Positions 27,328 through 41,700 of a DNA stretch of 64,000 bases are shown piece by piece. This DNA comes from Eledone cirrhosa (Eukaryota). Under the pieces are notes generated by a model. That model did no database searches. It was not told where the DNA came from and was given only the letters and a program-made list of their open reading frames with translations. Every line of letters begins with the position of its first letter. Position 1 is the stretch's first letter. The stretch lies in contig OZ024761.1 of NCBI GenBank assembly GCA_964016885.1, positions 4,836,001-4,900,000 on the forward strand. Direction: 5' to 3'. The translations under genes were made by a program, and so were the position numbers.

Positions 27328-27670
27328 TTATTTGCAACAATAAAACTTTAAGGAAACTTCACCAGTCCGGCCTCCTGTCATTTGTCTAAAATAATCATAC
27401 ACAAAACGCCAACACCAACAGTTTTCCAAGAGATAGCAACATGAATGGACATGTTATTTTTCTGTAAAAAGGTTTTTCCGATTCCGCCCTGCTTGTCCCT
27501 TCGATATTTCTTATTTCTCCTTCTTTGTTCTAAAGGAGGACTAGCCTCCGAAACGTTAAGGGACTCTTCCTGCTATTTCAAACGTTTAACTAATATATTC
27601 CTTTCATATACTGTACCGTTGTGTTGTTATTTCTGTTTAACTTATAAATATATAAATATATATATATATA

Positions 27671-27878
27671 TAGGAACGAGTAGGACCCCGACGGCTGAGC
27701 TCAAGCCGTTTCGACGGTTAATTCTGGACTGAATTAGCTAGTCCAGAATTAGCCGCCGAAACGGCTTGAGCTCAGCCGTCGGGGTCCTACTCGTTCCTAT
27801 TACCCACTCTACTACCCTAAGTATTGAGTACTTTGGTGCGTTATGGTCCACCTGGTTCCTTACCACATTTCCTTCGTT
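27671..27878. mobile_element. Short palindromic PLE-terminus element carrying the 3' half of a hammerhead
   Basis: GAAA cggct tgagctc agccg TC; copies or parts at 2990-3078, 3770-3828, 7555-7645, 38800-38955, 38990-39195, 39246-39303 and 59657-59770. Confidence 0.78.
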
Positions 27879-28045
27879 ATATATATATATATATAAGGGT
27901 TAAAATACTGGAGCGTGTTGGAGTTAAACACCCTCTTCGTATTATAGAAATGACAGTAAAAGGTATAGCTCAATGTAGTTAAACAGAGCCGAAAAATTAA
28001 GAGAGTAAAACAAAGAAGCCTTCAATACATCAAAAGTCTTTATTA

Positions 28046-28083
28046 GCCGACAATGTTTCGTCCTATTAAGGACTCATCAGGGC
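28046..28083 (-). ncRNA. Minimal hammerhead ribozyme
   Basis: Reverse complement of 28444-28481. Confidence 0.87.
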
Positions 28084-28443
28084 AATTAAAACAACAAGAA
28101 GTAATATCGGCAGATACAAGCCGGAAGCTCCGAAGAATATGGAGTGTACATACACTAAAGTATTGCAAAAATATATAATAAAAATAATAAAAATTACTAA
28201 GGATGTATATAACATTAAGAACCATATTACAAATATAGTCCAAAGCAAAAAAAACCTAGAGCTAAACAAAGGTGGTTATATTTGTAATATGGTTCTTAAT
28301 GTTATATACATCCTTAGTAATTTTTATTATATATTTTTATTATTTTTATTATATATTTTTGTAATACTTTAGTATATGTACACTCCATATTCTTCGGAGC
28401 TTCCGGCTTGTATCTGCCGATATTACTTCTTGTTGTTTTAATT

Positions 28444-28481
28444 GCCCTGATGAGTCCTTAATAGGACGAAACATTGTCGGC
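28444..28481 (+). ncRNA. Minimal hammerhead ribozyme (canonical core)
   Basis: gcc CTGATGA gtcc ttaata ggac GAAA cattg TC ggc. Confidence 0.9.
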
Positions 28482-28526
28482 TAATAAAGATTTTTGATGT
28501 ATTGAAGGCTTCTTTGTTTTACTCTC

Positions 28527-29192
<666 letters not shown>

Positions 29193-29394
29193 CGTGCGTG
29201 TGTGTGTGTGTGTGTGTGTAAAAGTTAAACAGAAATAACAACAGAATGGTACAGTATATAGAAGGAATATATTAATTTAACGCTTGAAATAGCAGGAAGA
29301 GGGTGTTAACGTTGAATAAGATTGGAGGGTAATATCCATCACATTAGGTCTAGGAACTAAGTACAGCTAAATATAGGTAACTGTATACCATTAG

Positions 29395-29560
29395 GAGAAG
29401 GTGGCGAATTGGCAGTGTCATTAGATCGTCGGAAAGAGTGCTTTGCTGTATTTGTTCTGACTCTCTGCTCTCTGAGATCAAATCCTGTCGAGGTCAACTT
29501 TGCCTTTCATCCATTCGAGGTCGATAAAAGGTAAGTACCAGTCTAGTACTGGGGTCGATT
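29395..29560 (+). mobile_element. tRNA-derived SINE, diverged
   Basis: ggtggcgaattggcag..aaatcctgtcgaggtcaactttgcctttcatcc. Confidence 0.78.
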
Positions 29561-29807
29561 CTTCCTCTATATCTCTTCCTCTATACCTCTGTCTCATGTC
29601 CTCTCTCTCACTTTCTATCTTTCTCTGGAAGACATCTGCTGTACTCAAGTCTAGATGGACTCCCCCATGTTTAAACATCCCCTAGAAAGGCCGTCAATAT
29701 GGCGGCCCTACGACTTCCTCGAGAGAAACTTGGCATAAAAAGAAAATTAAAAAATATATATCATTAGGTGTATCGTTGAATGAGCTGAGGTGTGAAGTCT
29801 TATGGTT

Positions 29808-30200
29808 TGAAGGCAGTTGTCACCTGTCACCATTGAAGGCAGTTGTCACCTGTCACCAGTTGTCACCTGTCGCCAGTTGTCACCTGTCACCATTGAAGCC
29901 AGTTGTCACCTGTCATCAGTTGTCACCTGTCGCCAGTTGTCACCTGTCACCACTGAAGGCAGTTGTCACCAGTTGTCACCTGTTACCAGTTGTCACCTGT
30001 CACCATTGAAGCCAGTTGTCACCTGTCACCAGTTGTCACCTGTCGCCAGTTGTCACCTGTCACCACTGAAGGCAGTTGTCACCAGTTGTTACCCGTTGTC
30101 ACCAGTTGTCACCTATCACCACTGGAGGCAGTTGTCACCTGTAGCCAGTTGTCACCAGTCGCCAGTTGTCACCAGTTGTCACCTGTTACCACTTGACACC
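29808..30200 (+). repeat. Nested minisatellite built from CAGTTGTCAC / CTGTCAC subunits
   Basis: Direct inspection. Confidence 0.9.
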
Positions 30201-30534
30201 GTTGTTTAAATTATAATTATGTTCTGAAGAAACTATTACATAGAGTAAGCAAGTATGAAAAGGTGTAGTCAGTGACAGGTGTGTTACCTGTCAGGTACAT
30301 ATATGGTAGCAGAGGGGTTACAGTTGGAGAAGGCCGCGTGAGGAAAGTGGACCGTTCCACTTGGTTGGTGTTCTGGGGGTGGGAGGTTCAAGAAGAAAGC
30401 TAATACTTTCTGAAACGTATATATATAATGTGATATTATCATATAATCTATATATATAAAACTGTGGTTGTCTGTCTGTCTATCGATTTTTGGCACACAT
30501 CTCCTCTTAGAATCTCTGCACGGAATTGCACAAT

Positions 30535-31835
30535 ATGTATATAAGGTGATATTATCATATAATTATATATGTATATAAGGTGATATTATCATATAATTAT
30601 ATATGTATATAAGGTGATATTATCATATAATTATATATGTATATAAGGTGATATTATCATATAATTATATATATATATATAAGGTGATATTATCGTATAA
30701 TTATATATGTATATAAGGTGATATTATCATATAATTATATATGTATATAAGGTGATATTATCATATAATTATATATATATATATAAGGTGATATTATCGT
30801 ATAATTATATATGTATATAAGGTGATATTATCATATAATTATATATGTATATAAGGTGATATTATCATATAATTATATATATATATATAAGGTGATATTA
30901 TCGTATAATTATATATGTATATAAGGTGATATTATCATATAATTATATATGTATATAAGGTGATATTATCATATAATTATATATGTATATAAGGTGATAT
31001 TATCATATAATTATATATATATATATAAGGTGATATTATCGTATAATTATATATGTATATAATGTGATATTATCATATAATTATATATGTATATAAGGTG
31101 ATATTATCATATAATTATATATGTTATAAGGTGATATTATCATATAATTATATATATATATATAAGGTGATATTATCGTATAATTATATATGTATATAAT
31201 GTGATATTATCATATAATTATATATGTATATAAGGTGATATTATCATATAATTATATATATATATATAAGGTGATATTATCGTATAATTATATATGTATA
31301 TAATGTGATATTATCATATAATTATATATGTATATAAGGTGATATTATCATATAATTATATATGTATATAAGGTGATATTATCATATAATTATATATATA
31401 TATATAAGGTGATATTATCGTATAATTATATATGTATATAATGTGATATTATCATATAATTATATCTGTATATAATGTGATATTATCATATAATTATATA
31501 TGTATATAAGGTGATATTATCATATAATTATATATGTATGGTGATATTATCATGTAATTATATATATATAAGGTGATATTATCATATAATTATATCTGTA
31601 TATAAGGTGATATTATCATATAATTATATATGTATATAAGGTGATATTATCATATAATTATATATGTATATAAGGTGATATTATCATATAATTATATATG
31701 TATATTAGGTGATATTATCATGTAATTATATATGTATATAAGGTGATATAGTATAATTATATATGTATATAAGGTGATATTATCATGTAATTATATATGT
31801 ATATAAGGTGATATAGTATAATTATATATGTATAT
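30535..31835 (+). repeat. ~34-bp AT-rich minisatellite (ATAAGGTGATATTATCATATAATTATATATGTAT), roughly 38 copies
   Basis: Direct inspection. Confidence 0.93.
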
Positions 31836-32289
31836 GTAAGGTGAGTTACATAAGAGGTGAACGAAAAAAACCCAAGAAGATAAAGGGAAATAACACGAGG
31901 GAAAGATAAGAACGTGCCCTGTCAATATAAATAGGTAAAAAAAACAAGACAGGGCCAGAGATCAAGGTTAAGCGGAAAATAACCAGTGCAACCACCAGTT
32001 TCTAACAGTATATTCTATTTTTAGCAAATATGTCGCTTTTATGCGAGGGCATTCATAAAGAAAAGGTAGGTAAGGGCCAGCAGAACTGATACAAATAACT
32101 CTTGTTACCCAACTCTAAAGTATACAACATTTTATCTTTATCATAATTAGATGGAAATTGTTATTTTTTTGTATTTTCAGAATATATTGAATTTTAACAT
32201 ACATTCTCGCCGTTTTTTTTTTATTAAGAAGTGTTATAACAACGGCAGGAATTTATGTTACAACCCAATACATATATACATAAATAGTT

Positions 32290-32525
32290 GTCATTTCTTT
32301 ATAGCGAAGGGCCATCTTTTCAACGTTGTGCTGGACGGCATGGGCCCGCAAATGACCCCAAAAACCTGCCTCGCTCCTGTATACTGTTTTACAGATGTGA
32401 CACCCGAGTCTCTCGGATAGTGCTAGATGTAACTTCCTCCTTATGCACTCTCGTGTGCCGCTTGAGTCCAGCAGAAGACACACAGGCTCTGATGAAAAAC
32501 CCAGCAGGCCTTTTAAGGAGGACAC

Positions 32526-32530
<5 letters not shown>
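32290..32530 (-). mobile_element. RTE-type LINE 3' fragment with C2H2 finger
   Basis: CHICKTVYRSEAGFWGHLRAH. Confidence 0.6.
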
Positions 32531-32566
<36 letters not shown>

Positions 32567-32675
32567 CTTTTAACTCCCGATTCTCTACATGATGTCTAGG
32601 ACACTGACAACAGTTATGTATCTACCTAAATGTTCTGAAGACTAGGATTTTAATCACTTGTTTAGACATTCCCTA

Positions 32676-32722
32676 TGCTCCGATGATTTCAGACAACCCT
32701 CTGGAAGAAACAATTGTCAGCA
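32676..32722 (+). ncRNA. Hammerhead-like motif (CCGATGA variant; family of 38517)
   Basis: tgct CCGATGA t ttcaga caaccc tctggaa GAAA caattg TC agca. Confidence 0.68.
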
Positions 32723-32766
32723 AATAAATGTATTAAACTAAGATTTGATTGTTTTAACACATTGTG

Positions 32767-32829
<63 letters not shown>

Positions 32830-32834
<5 letters not shown>

Positions 32835-35800
32835 CTATCTAAGGCGGGCAAAATTCCCGAGATCCATGGACGAGTTCTCTCCAGCGGTCTCTGTCCCTCA
32901 TTATCGCTGCCATATCCTGCATCTCCAACAGACCAGTGTCTGTCCTTAGGGCATCAACATATGTTAACCTTGGTCTTCCTCTTCTAGTGTGTCCATGTAG
33001 GGGCTCCCAAAGGAGCACTGAGTGCAATGTCAACTCTGGATGTTGGTGAGCATGTCCAGCCAACCTCAGTCTCCTCTGTGTCACTTTTGAGCTGACTTTT
33101 GGGATGCTCCCATACAGCTCTGAGTTTTTCATCCTCAGTGTATACTGATTAATGTTCAGAGCCATCCTCAGCATTCTCGTGTAGCACCCATCCACCATCT
33201 GAGTGAGTCTCTTGGTCAGTGTCCAAGTTTCAGACCCATACAGCAGCACAGACTCCACTACAGCAATGAAGAGGCGGATTTTCAGGTCTCTACGAAGGTC
33301 CGACTTCCACACCGATCTCAAGCTGTGACACGCCGCCCAGGCCTTGCTCTTCCTCTCAACCACATCATCTTTCGTATTCCCAATCTTTGCTGCCAAATAC
33401 AGGAAGTCCTCAACCAATTCCAGCGGCTTCCCGCCTACATTAGTGATCCCCTCTGGCTTCTCAACATTCTCTACCAGATATTTTGTTTTAGTCTCATTCA
33501 TTCTCAGCCCCACACTCATCGACACAGTCTCAACCTCCCGCATCAAATCCTCTGCCTCCTTCACTGTATTTGTCACCAAAACTATGTCGTCGGCAAATTC
33601 AGCATCCGATACCTTTTTTGCCCCAACTCTCCTGCTCTGAGCCGGTGCTACAGTAAAGCCAGAGTCCTGGTGTTTCTCCAGTGCAAGGCGCATACAATAG
33701 TCCACTACGATGATAAAAAGGTAGGGAGCCAATGTATCTCCCTGGAGCACTCCAGCCAGTATCTCAAAGAACTCTGTCATCCCATCAGGTGTAATGACTT
33801 GGGCTTTGGTGTTGGTGTAGAGCAGTGATATCAGGTCCACTATCCTCTTGGGGATTCCATAAGCCTGTAAGATCTTCATCAGGCAGTAACGGTCCACAGA
33901 ATCAAAGACCTTCCTAAAGTCAATGAAAACCATGACCGCAGGAAGGCACTTTGCTCTAGCTCCCTCTAATATCCTCCTCAGCATCAGGATGTGACTGGTG
34001 GTTGATCTACCCTCTCTGAAGCCGTTCTGGTTGTCCCTGAGCTTCTTCTCCATCTCAGGCTGGATCCTGTTAAGAATCATCCTGTTGAGGGTCTTTGCCA
34101 CAAGTGATGTCAGTGAGATCCCCCGGTAGTTGTTGGTGTTAGAGAGATCTCCCTTCTTTGGCACTGGGACGATGTTACTGATCCTCCACTGATTCGGGGT
34201 AACTCCTTTCTCCAGTGCCCCGTTACAGAACCCCAGGATGATATCATCAAAATCACACCTCTTCATCACCTCTGATGCCACTCCATCTTCTCCATGAGCC
34301 TTGCCCTCCTTGATCTTCTTCTTGGCTCTCTGAAGCTCCTCTCCGGTGAAGGGCTCTGTCTCAACATCCAGTTCCTCAAACAGCCGCCTGATCTCCCCAG
34401 TGCTCTGGGCTGTGGAGGGTGGCTCTCCTAGTAGGGTCCTAAAATGGTCTAGCCATTTCCTCTTCCTATCCTCGGGCCCCGTTCCCTGGATCTGACTCTA
34501 ACACCTTTTCTTCTTCCCTGTGATCTCGTTGATGATCATCCAGCTCTCCTTACATCCAGATCTGTCAACCGCTCTCTCCACACTTCTGATCTTCTCTATC
34601 AGTGCCTCCTCTCTGACCTCAGTGTAAGCGGTACAGAGCTCTTCCCTCATCACCTCCACAGTTTCCATCCTCTCCTCCGTAGGATCAGCATAGAATTGGT
34701 CCCTGGCAGCTTTCAGGTGTTCTCTGGCTGCACACACTTTTGGGTTTTCAGAACTGACGTGCTTCCCTTTGTTCTTTTTCCTCGGCACCAGGGTTTCACT
34801 TGCTTTCGCCACTGCATTGGTGAAGTGCCCGTACCTCCTCGTCACACTCTCCTCAGTCCATCCAGTCTCTCTCTCCTCTGACTCTCCACACAGAGCACTA
34901 AACCTGTTTCTCACTTCCACTGTGAACCTCTCCTGTAGCTTATCATCTTCCTTGAAAGCTCCCCAGTCATAGATTGTTCTCCGGGGCTGAGCCTTGCTCT
35001 TTCTTAAGCTCACGCGGACCTCACTCATAACAAGCCGGTGGTCACTACCCAGTGTACTGAAATAGCTGTATGGTTCCGTGTTCAAAACACTATTCCGCCA
35101 CTTTTTCCTCACCAGAATGAAATCAATCTGGGACTTGGACAGGTGCATATCTGAGATGTAAGTCCACATCTTCCCCAGATTCTTCCTAAACCTTAGGTTG
35201 GTCGCCATCAAGTTCGCCTCCAGCAGGGTGTCTCTCAGTAGTCTTCCATTTCGGTTGGTGTTGTTATGGAAGTACCAGCAAGGATCTTCACTGCCCTCCT
35301 TACTCAGATGTGCATTGAAGTCCCCCAAAACAAGCAGGATATTGTGTGCCTGAGTGGTGTTGACAGCTCTACACACCTCCTCATGGAACTCCTCGGCATT
35401 CACATCACTGTCCCCCTCGGTTGGACTATAGGCTGAGATGACTGTCAGTCTTGGGTTTCCATTGAAGGTCACCCTCAACACTCGCGGGGAGATAGGCATT
35501 ATTTCCCTCACCAACAGATTGGTTTTTGCACTGAACACAAAACCCACTCCTCCTACTGCAGCATTTGTTGTGTTCTTCACTGCCGATGTAGTGATGAGCT
35601 GGCTCTTCCTCCCGATCATCACACTCCTCACGGGCTCATCGTGTAGAATCCTGTGTTCTTGGATCGCAAGTATCTGTATACCACTCTCCTCGAACAGATG
35701 ACGCAACTCCTCTCTCTTCTCCAGCGTTCGAATAGTCCTCACATTCAAAGTGCCCATTTTGATGGCTCTTCTGCAGGACAAAACTGCATTCTTTATATTT

Positions 35801-36147
35801 GTCTCAGAGACAGCTGATCCATCATCCACTGGCCCTCTCTGTGGCTCTAAGCCAGCAGAGTCATAACGACCAGGCTGCTCCTTGACAGTGTAATTAGGGG
35901 CTCTAACCCTAGTGCTGTTAGATCGACTCTCCATATTTCTTTTCAATGGCTGACAATACCTTACCGGCGCCACTCGAATAAGGTAGTTATTTAACCCATA
36001 AATGGAGCCCTAACAGGTACTACCACCCCGGGCCAGGGCAGACCTGGGAGTCATGACAACTAAGGGGTAACTCCACATTCCCCACATCTCCTGAACCCCC
36101 GAACTGGAGCCTTGCCACCGGATGTAGTTTAATGTCATACCCAGGAC
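32830..36147 (-). mobile_element. Full-length-like RTE-type non-LTR retrotransposon inserted in (TA)n
   Basis: ~170-nt 5' UTR, single APE-RT ORF, stop immediately followed by microsatellite. Confidence 0.9.
32839..35973 (-). CDS. APE endonuclease + reverse transcriptase, ~1044 codons, one internal TAG at 34498-34500
   Basis: TLNVRT, AIQEH, LGDFNAH, SQIDFIL, GSDH; in-frame 72-codon bridge; NYRGISL, FIDFRKVFD, GVLQGDTLAP, FADD. Confidence 0.92.
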
Positions 36148-36148
36148 A

Positions 36149-36305
<157 letters not shown>

Positions 36306-36384
36306 ATATATATATGCAAAAGGTAAACAGAAATAACAACACAATCGGTACAGTATATGGAAGGAATATATTAGGTTAACGCTC

Positions 36385-37481
36385 CTACTCCACCACACCT
36401 AACATAGCAGACCATATAGCCAGCACCAACAAGAGAAAGATTAAAAAGTACTTCAGATTTCACCAAAGTAATAATGTCCAGCATAGAAATAACCTGAACA
36501 ATAACACAGTACAAGACCATACAGCAAGTCACACTAATAATACCAATAATAATGGTAATAATAATAATACTCACCATAATCATAATACTAGAAGTAGAAA
36601 CAGAAACAACCACTCAAATTCATACCCCCTTAACTAGTATACTAGTTACCAAAACAATTGTAGGTCTAACAAGACATGCCCATTAAATAAGAACTGCCTA
36701 ATTAAAAACATTGTCTATTCCGGTACTGTAACCGCTAATCACATCTCAAAAGTATATATAGGCTCAACATCGAATAGCTTTAAGACCAGATATAATTCAC
36801 ACCTTCATTTGTTCAGAAACCCTAAACTTAGCAACGTAACTTCACTATCCACATACATACACTCATTAAAATCAAGTACATACCATACACCTTAAAATGG
36901 GAAGTGATAACTAAGGCCCCTTCATATAAACCACCTAACAAATTTTGTAATCTTTGCATCCTCGAGTCTAAAAATATTATTCACTCTAACCTTAGCCTAC
37001 TAAATAGGAAATCAGAGATCTTCTCCACGTGTCCACATTACCATAGATTCTCGTTCCACTACTTCAAACCTAGTAACTAATAATAAAAATAAAAATAAAG
37101 ACCAATGTCGGAGATAACACTAGACCACCACCTTGTAGTTTATCCAACTAGACCTTAATTTATCCAACTAGACCTTCATGAATATAGGACTACATCTTAA
37201 TTAAAAGACCACACTAACCTACATACAGTCAATAAACCCCTGTTTGATCCCTTACCTTATACAATTAAAAGATTTAAATAATATAGACACTCTAATAAAC
37301 TCTCAATATACAACACCAACTAAATAGCAGACAACTGTGGATATAACTCCAATTACTCCAGTATATATTATGCAACTCACTATCCTGTCATAAAAAACTT
37401 CAACTATCTCCACACAATCTGTATGTATGTATGTATGTATGTATGTATGTATGTATGTATGTATGTATGTATGTATGTATG

Positions 37482-37558
<77 letters not shown>

Positions 37559-38728
37559 ATATATGTATATATATATATATGCATTCTCACACTTATGTAT
37601 ATTATATATACATATACTAACTATGGAAAAACTATCTAGTTATAATAAACTAAATAAAAAAATGTTTTTAACCCCCTCCACACAAGTTTAAAAGATAACA
37701 ATTATATAACCAATAATATTTTATATTTTATATACTCTATAAAGATTAATTTATAACACTACCGCAATATTAAAACAACCCTTAATTTATCAACAACCTT
37801 AATTACCTCCCTTTGTAATTAACCCCCTTTACAACTTAACGGTTAATACAAACCCTAGAAAAGATAATTTGTAGATAAAAAATGCCTAAAACAATACACC
37901 TACAATAACAACATGGCCAGTAATTCGGTGGAATTTACATTTAACAAACAAACACCTATTGACTATAAACGACTCAAAATAATCCCATGGTTAATAGCTG
38001 TGAGATACAAACAACACATACAATTACATACGAACTACAACACAAAAACACTTAAATGAAAATCACATACCCAACTCTATCACGTGCTTTACATTACACC
38101 TTACATAACAAATACCTACATTATCACCACATGCCTATCTAACAAACTGCACACTATCTTAAACATTTCTAACACTTATAACATGCTTTAACACCCCACA
38201 CAAAATATGTTTATTTCAACTGCATTATAACTCTTTCCTCATACATTCCTTATTGACTGTATTGACTCCTGCATTGTACACCAATTTTCCTTGCTTATAA
38301 CTTTTTTGCCTGTATTTTTTTGCTTATTTTTTGGCTTGTGATTTTTACTTATACCTCCTACACTCTCAACCAGTGCTGCCTGTAATTGTGTTCTTTCAAC
38401 CAGAACATCTTTATAACTCCTGACTCTCCACATGATGCCTATGACACTAATAACAATTATGTAGCCTAAATGTTCTAAATGACTAGGATTTTAGTTACCT
38501 GTTTCGACATTCCATATGCTTCGATGATTCCAGACTTTCCTCTGGAAGAAACAATTGTCAGCAAATAAATGTTCTAAACTAAAATTTGATCGTTTTAACA
38601 CTTTGTATCTCGACTCTGTAAAACACTTGAAAATTTGCATTGAGCCTTTTGTCATACCGGTAACCGGCTAGTACTTAGTACTACCCTACACATTTATAGT
38701 TATATCAAACATATATAAATATTCTTAT

Positions 38729-38730
<2 letters not shown>
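36385..38730 (+). mobile_element. 5'-truncated Naiad-type PLE: GIY-YIG remnant ~36650-37080, long AT-rich 3' region, hammerhead-like motif at 38517-38563
   Basis: NCRSNKTCPLNKNCLIKNIVY..VYIGSTSNSFKTRYNSH..CNLCILE..LLNRKSEIFSTCPH (one frameshift); tgct TCGATGA ttccaga..tctggaa GAAA caattg TC agca. Confidence 0.82.
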
Positions 38731-38800
<70 letters not shown>

Positions 38801-38955
38801 CAAAGAAAGTGTGGTAAGATACTAGGTGGACCATTACTCACCAGAGTACTCGATACTTAGTATTAGAGTAGGTAATATGAAAAGAGTGTCAGGGCTCCGA
38901 TGGATCTAGCCGTCGAAACGGCCGGAGCTCAGCCGTCGGGGCCCTGACTCTTTTC

Positions 38956-38990
<35 letters not shown>

Positions 38991-39194
38991 GGAACGAGTA
39001 GGACCCCGACGGCTGAGCTCAAGCCGTTTCGACGGCTAATTCTGGACTCAGAATTCTGGTCCAGAATTAGCCGTCGAAACGGCTTGAGCTCAGCCGTCGG
39101 GGTCCTACTCGTTCCTATTACCCACTCTACTACCCTAAGTATTGAGTACTTTGGTGCGTTATGGTCCATCTGGTTCCTTACCACATTTCCTTCG

Positions 39195-39247
<53 letters not shown>

Positions 39248-39499
39248 TCCAGAATTAGCCGTCGAAAGGCTTGAGCTCAGCTGTCGGGGTCTTACTGGTT
39301 CCTATATATATATATATATATATAATGTTATATTTGCCAATAGAAAGAGACACACGTATCATATCATTTTCATTTTATCTTTATTGTTCCTTATTCATTT
39401 GTTTATAATCAAAATTCTTTCGTCACACATTCTGTAACCTCCCCAATGATTATCTATCTTGTGCCCCCTCTTTTTCCTGGCCTTCTACTCCATCTTGGT

Positions 39500-39810
39500 C
39501 ATCGTTCAGCAGCTTCGGTATCATCTTCGAGCAGATCTTCCGCAGCGAAGATCTGCGATCTTGCGATCAATCGAACTGTCAGCCGACGATCACCACATGC
39601 CTGACGCACACAACGTTGGCCTCAGACATGCTCCTGAAGGGCCTCCCATTCTTGGGGTCACCTTTGAATCTTTTGTGCCACTCGAAAACCCGTGAACGCG
39701 ACCATCGTCTCATCTCGGAATACTGACTGCAATATTCCGAGTGGTTCTGACGGAGTTTTCCCCAGGACCAGAAACTTCGTGTTGGTTCCTTGCCCTGAGC
39801 CCATCGCTCG
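39500..39810 (-). pseudogene. mariner transposase N-terminal HTH remnant
   Basis: LGKTPSE..LQSVFRDETM..RVFEWHKRFK..GRP..DRRLTVRLIA across frameshifts. Confidence 0.75.
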
Positions 39811-39893
39811 ATGAATTAAAATTAAGGAGCTGTTAACAAAAACACGTGAAAAAAAAACAACATACAATGGCTGCAGAGAGCTGAGATCGCAGT

Positions 39894-40745
39894 TACATAG
39901 CCCCCGAATATTATGTTACACGGTGACACAACTCGCTAATCCCTACCCCCTAAGTTCTTATATAGTCCCCGGATATTACGTTACACGGTGACACAACTCG
40001 CTAATCCCTACCCCACTAAGTCCTTATATAGTCCCCGGATATTACGTTACACGGTGACACAACTCGCTAATCCCTACCCCACTAAGTCCTTATATAGTCC
40101 CCGGATATTACGTTACACGGTGACACAACTCGCTAATCCCTACCCCACTAAGTCCTTATATAGTCCCCGGATATTACGTTACACGGTGACACAACTCGCT
40201 AATCCCTACCCCACTAAGTCCTTATATAGTCCCCGGATATTACGTTACACGGTGACACAACTCGCTAATCCCTACCCCACTAAGTCCTTATATAGTCCCC
40301 GGATATTACGTTACACGGTGACACAACTCGCTAATTCCTACCCCACTAAGTCCTTATATAGTCCCCGGATATTACGTTACACGGTGACACAACTCGCTAA
40401 TCCCTACCCCACTAAGTCCTTATATAGTCCCCGGATATTACGTTACACGGTGACACAACTCGCTAATCCCTACCCCACTAAGTCCTTATATAGTCCCCGG
40501 ATATTACGTTACACGGTGACACAACTCGCTAATCCCTACCCCACTAAGTCCTTATATAGTCCCCGGATATTACGTTGCACGGTGACACAACTCGCTAATT
40601 CCTACCCCACTAAGTCCTTATATAGTCCCCGGATATTACGTTACACGGTGACACAACTCGCTAATCCCTACCCCACTAAGTCCTTATATAGTCCCCGGAT
40701 ATTACGTTACACGGTGACACAACTCGCTAATTCCTACCCCACTCA
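39894..40745 (+). repeat. 66-bp minisatellite, ~13 nearly identical copies
   Basis: acacaactcg at 39991, 40057, ...; gives the 22-aa repeat ORF. Confidence 0.95.
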
Positions 40746-41011
40746 TAGCTCACACAGCACACAAAGTCCTGTTACTTTTCTGATACTCCTCGTATACTCC
40801 CCGACTCACGGCCGGTCCCCTTTCAGCCAACTAATCGTAAGTCGATATCTGTGGCAAATATTTTATAATATATTTTATATATATTTTATGTATTGCATTA
40901 CGTAACTAATATATCTGATTTTATCTTTTTATATGCATTATTATAGCTGCGTTTAGCCAGGTGTGGTCTCACTGTAGATAAGTTGTATTAAACCACTGAA
41001 GGATAACGAAT

Positions 41012-41065
<54 letters not shown>

Positions 41066-41522
41066 ATTCATTATGCCTCGCCTATGTCTGGTTACTTTTA
41101 ATTTTTCTCTCTATATAACAGCTGGTTTCTCTCCTAACCACATATATCTCCCTTACATTAATACTAGAGCTAAATAAATAAATAAATAAATAAATGTATC
41201 ATTGATACGTTTACTCAACGGATGTTCCACTACCTAGTTTTCTATATATATATATCTATCTCTATTTCCTCTCTCTATATATATATATCTCTCTCTGTTT
41301 CTTTACATGAAGTTCTTCTCTTTATCTATCTTTCCATCTCTCTATTTTGTTCCATGCATTTCTTCTTTTTCTTCTTTTTCTTCGTTTTCTGTCTTTCTTT
41401 CTTTTTTTTCTCTCTTTCTTTCTCTCTGTGTACAATTTTTTCACTGCCAATTCAACTTTTCAAATACAAGTCGATGTTGTACGGTATGTCAAATCTATTT
41501 ATCTATAAAACTGTTTATATTG

Positions 41523-41588
41523 TATTTTGTCTGAGGAAGGCATAGCATATTGTTAATATGATATCCCTGAAATATATATAATGAAATA
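41523..41588 (+). ncRNA. Hammerhead ribozyme in a PLE terminus
   Basis: tattttgt CTGAGGA agg..cct GAAA tatata TA atgaaata. Confidence 0.78.
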
Positions 41589-41628
41589 AATATGGTTTTA
41601 TAAATATAGTTTCCATTTATTTAATATC

Positions 41629-41691
<63 letters not shown>

Positions 41692-41700
<9 letters not shown>

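Larger units (their letters stand above)
27895..28530. mobile_element. Fold-back mini-element (~240-bp arms) with two canonical hammerheads
   Basis: Arms ~27997-28240 and ~28275-28530; tail 27895-27996. Confidence 0.85.

Noticed and set aside
39988-40905. 305-aa repeat protein or CRISPR array
   Set aside because: Pure tandem 66-bp repeat with no spacers and no gene context.
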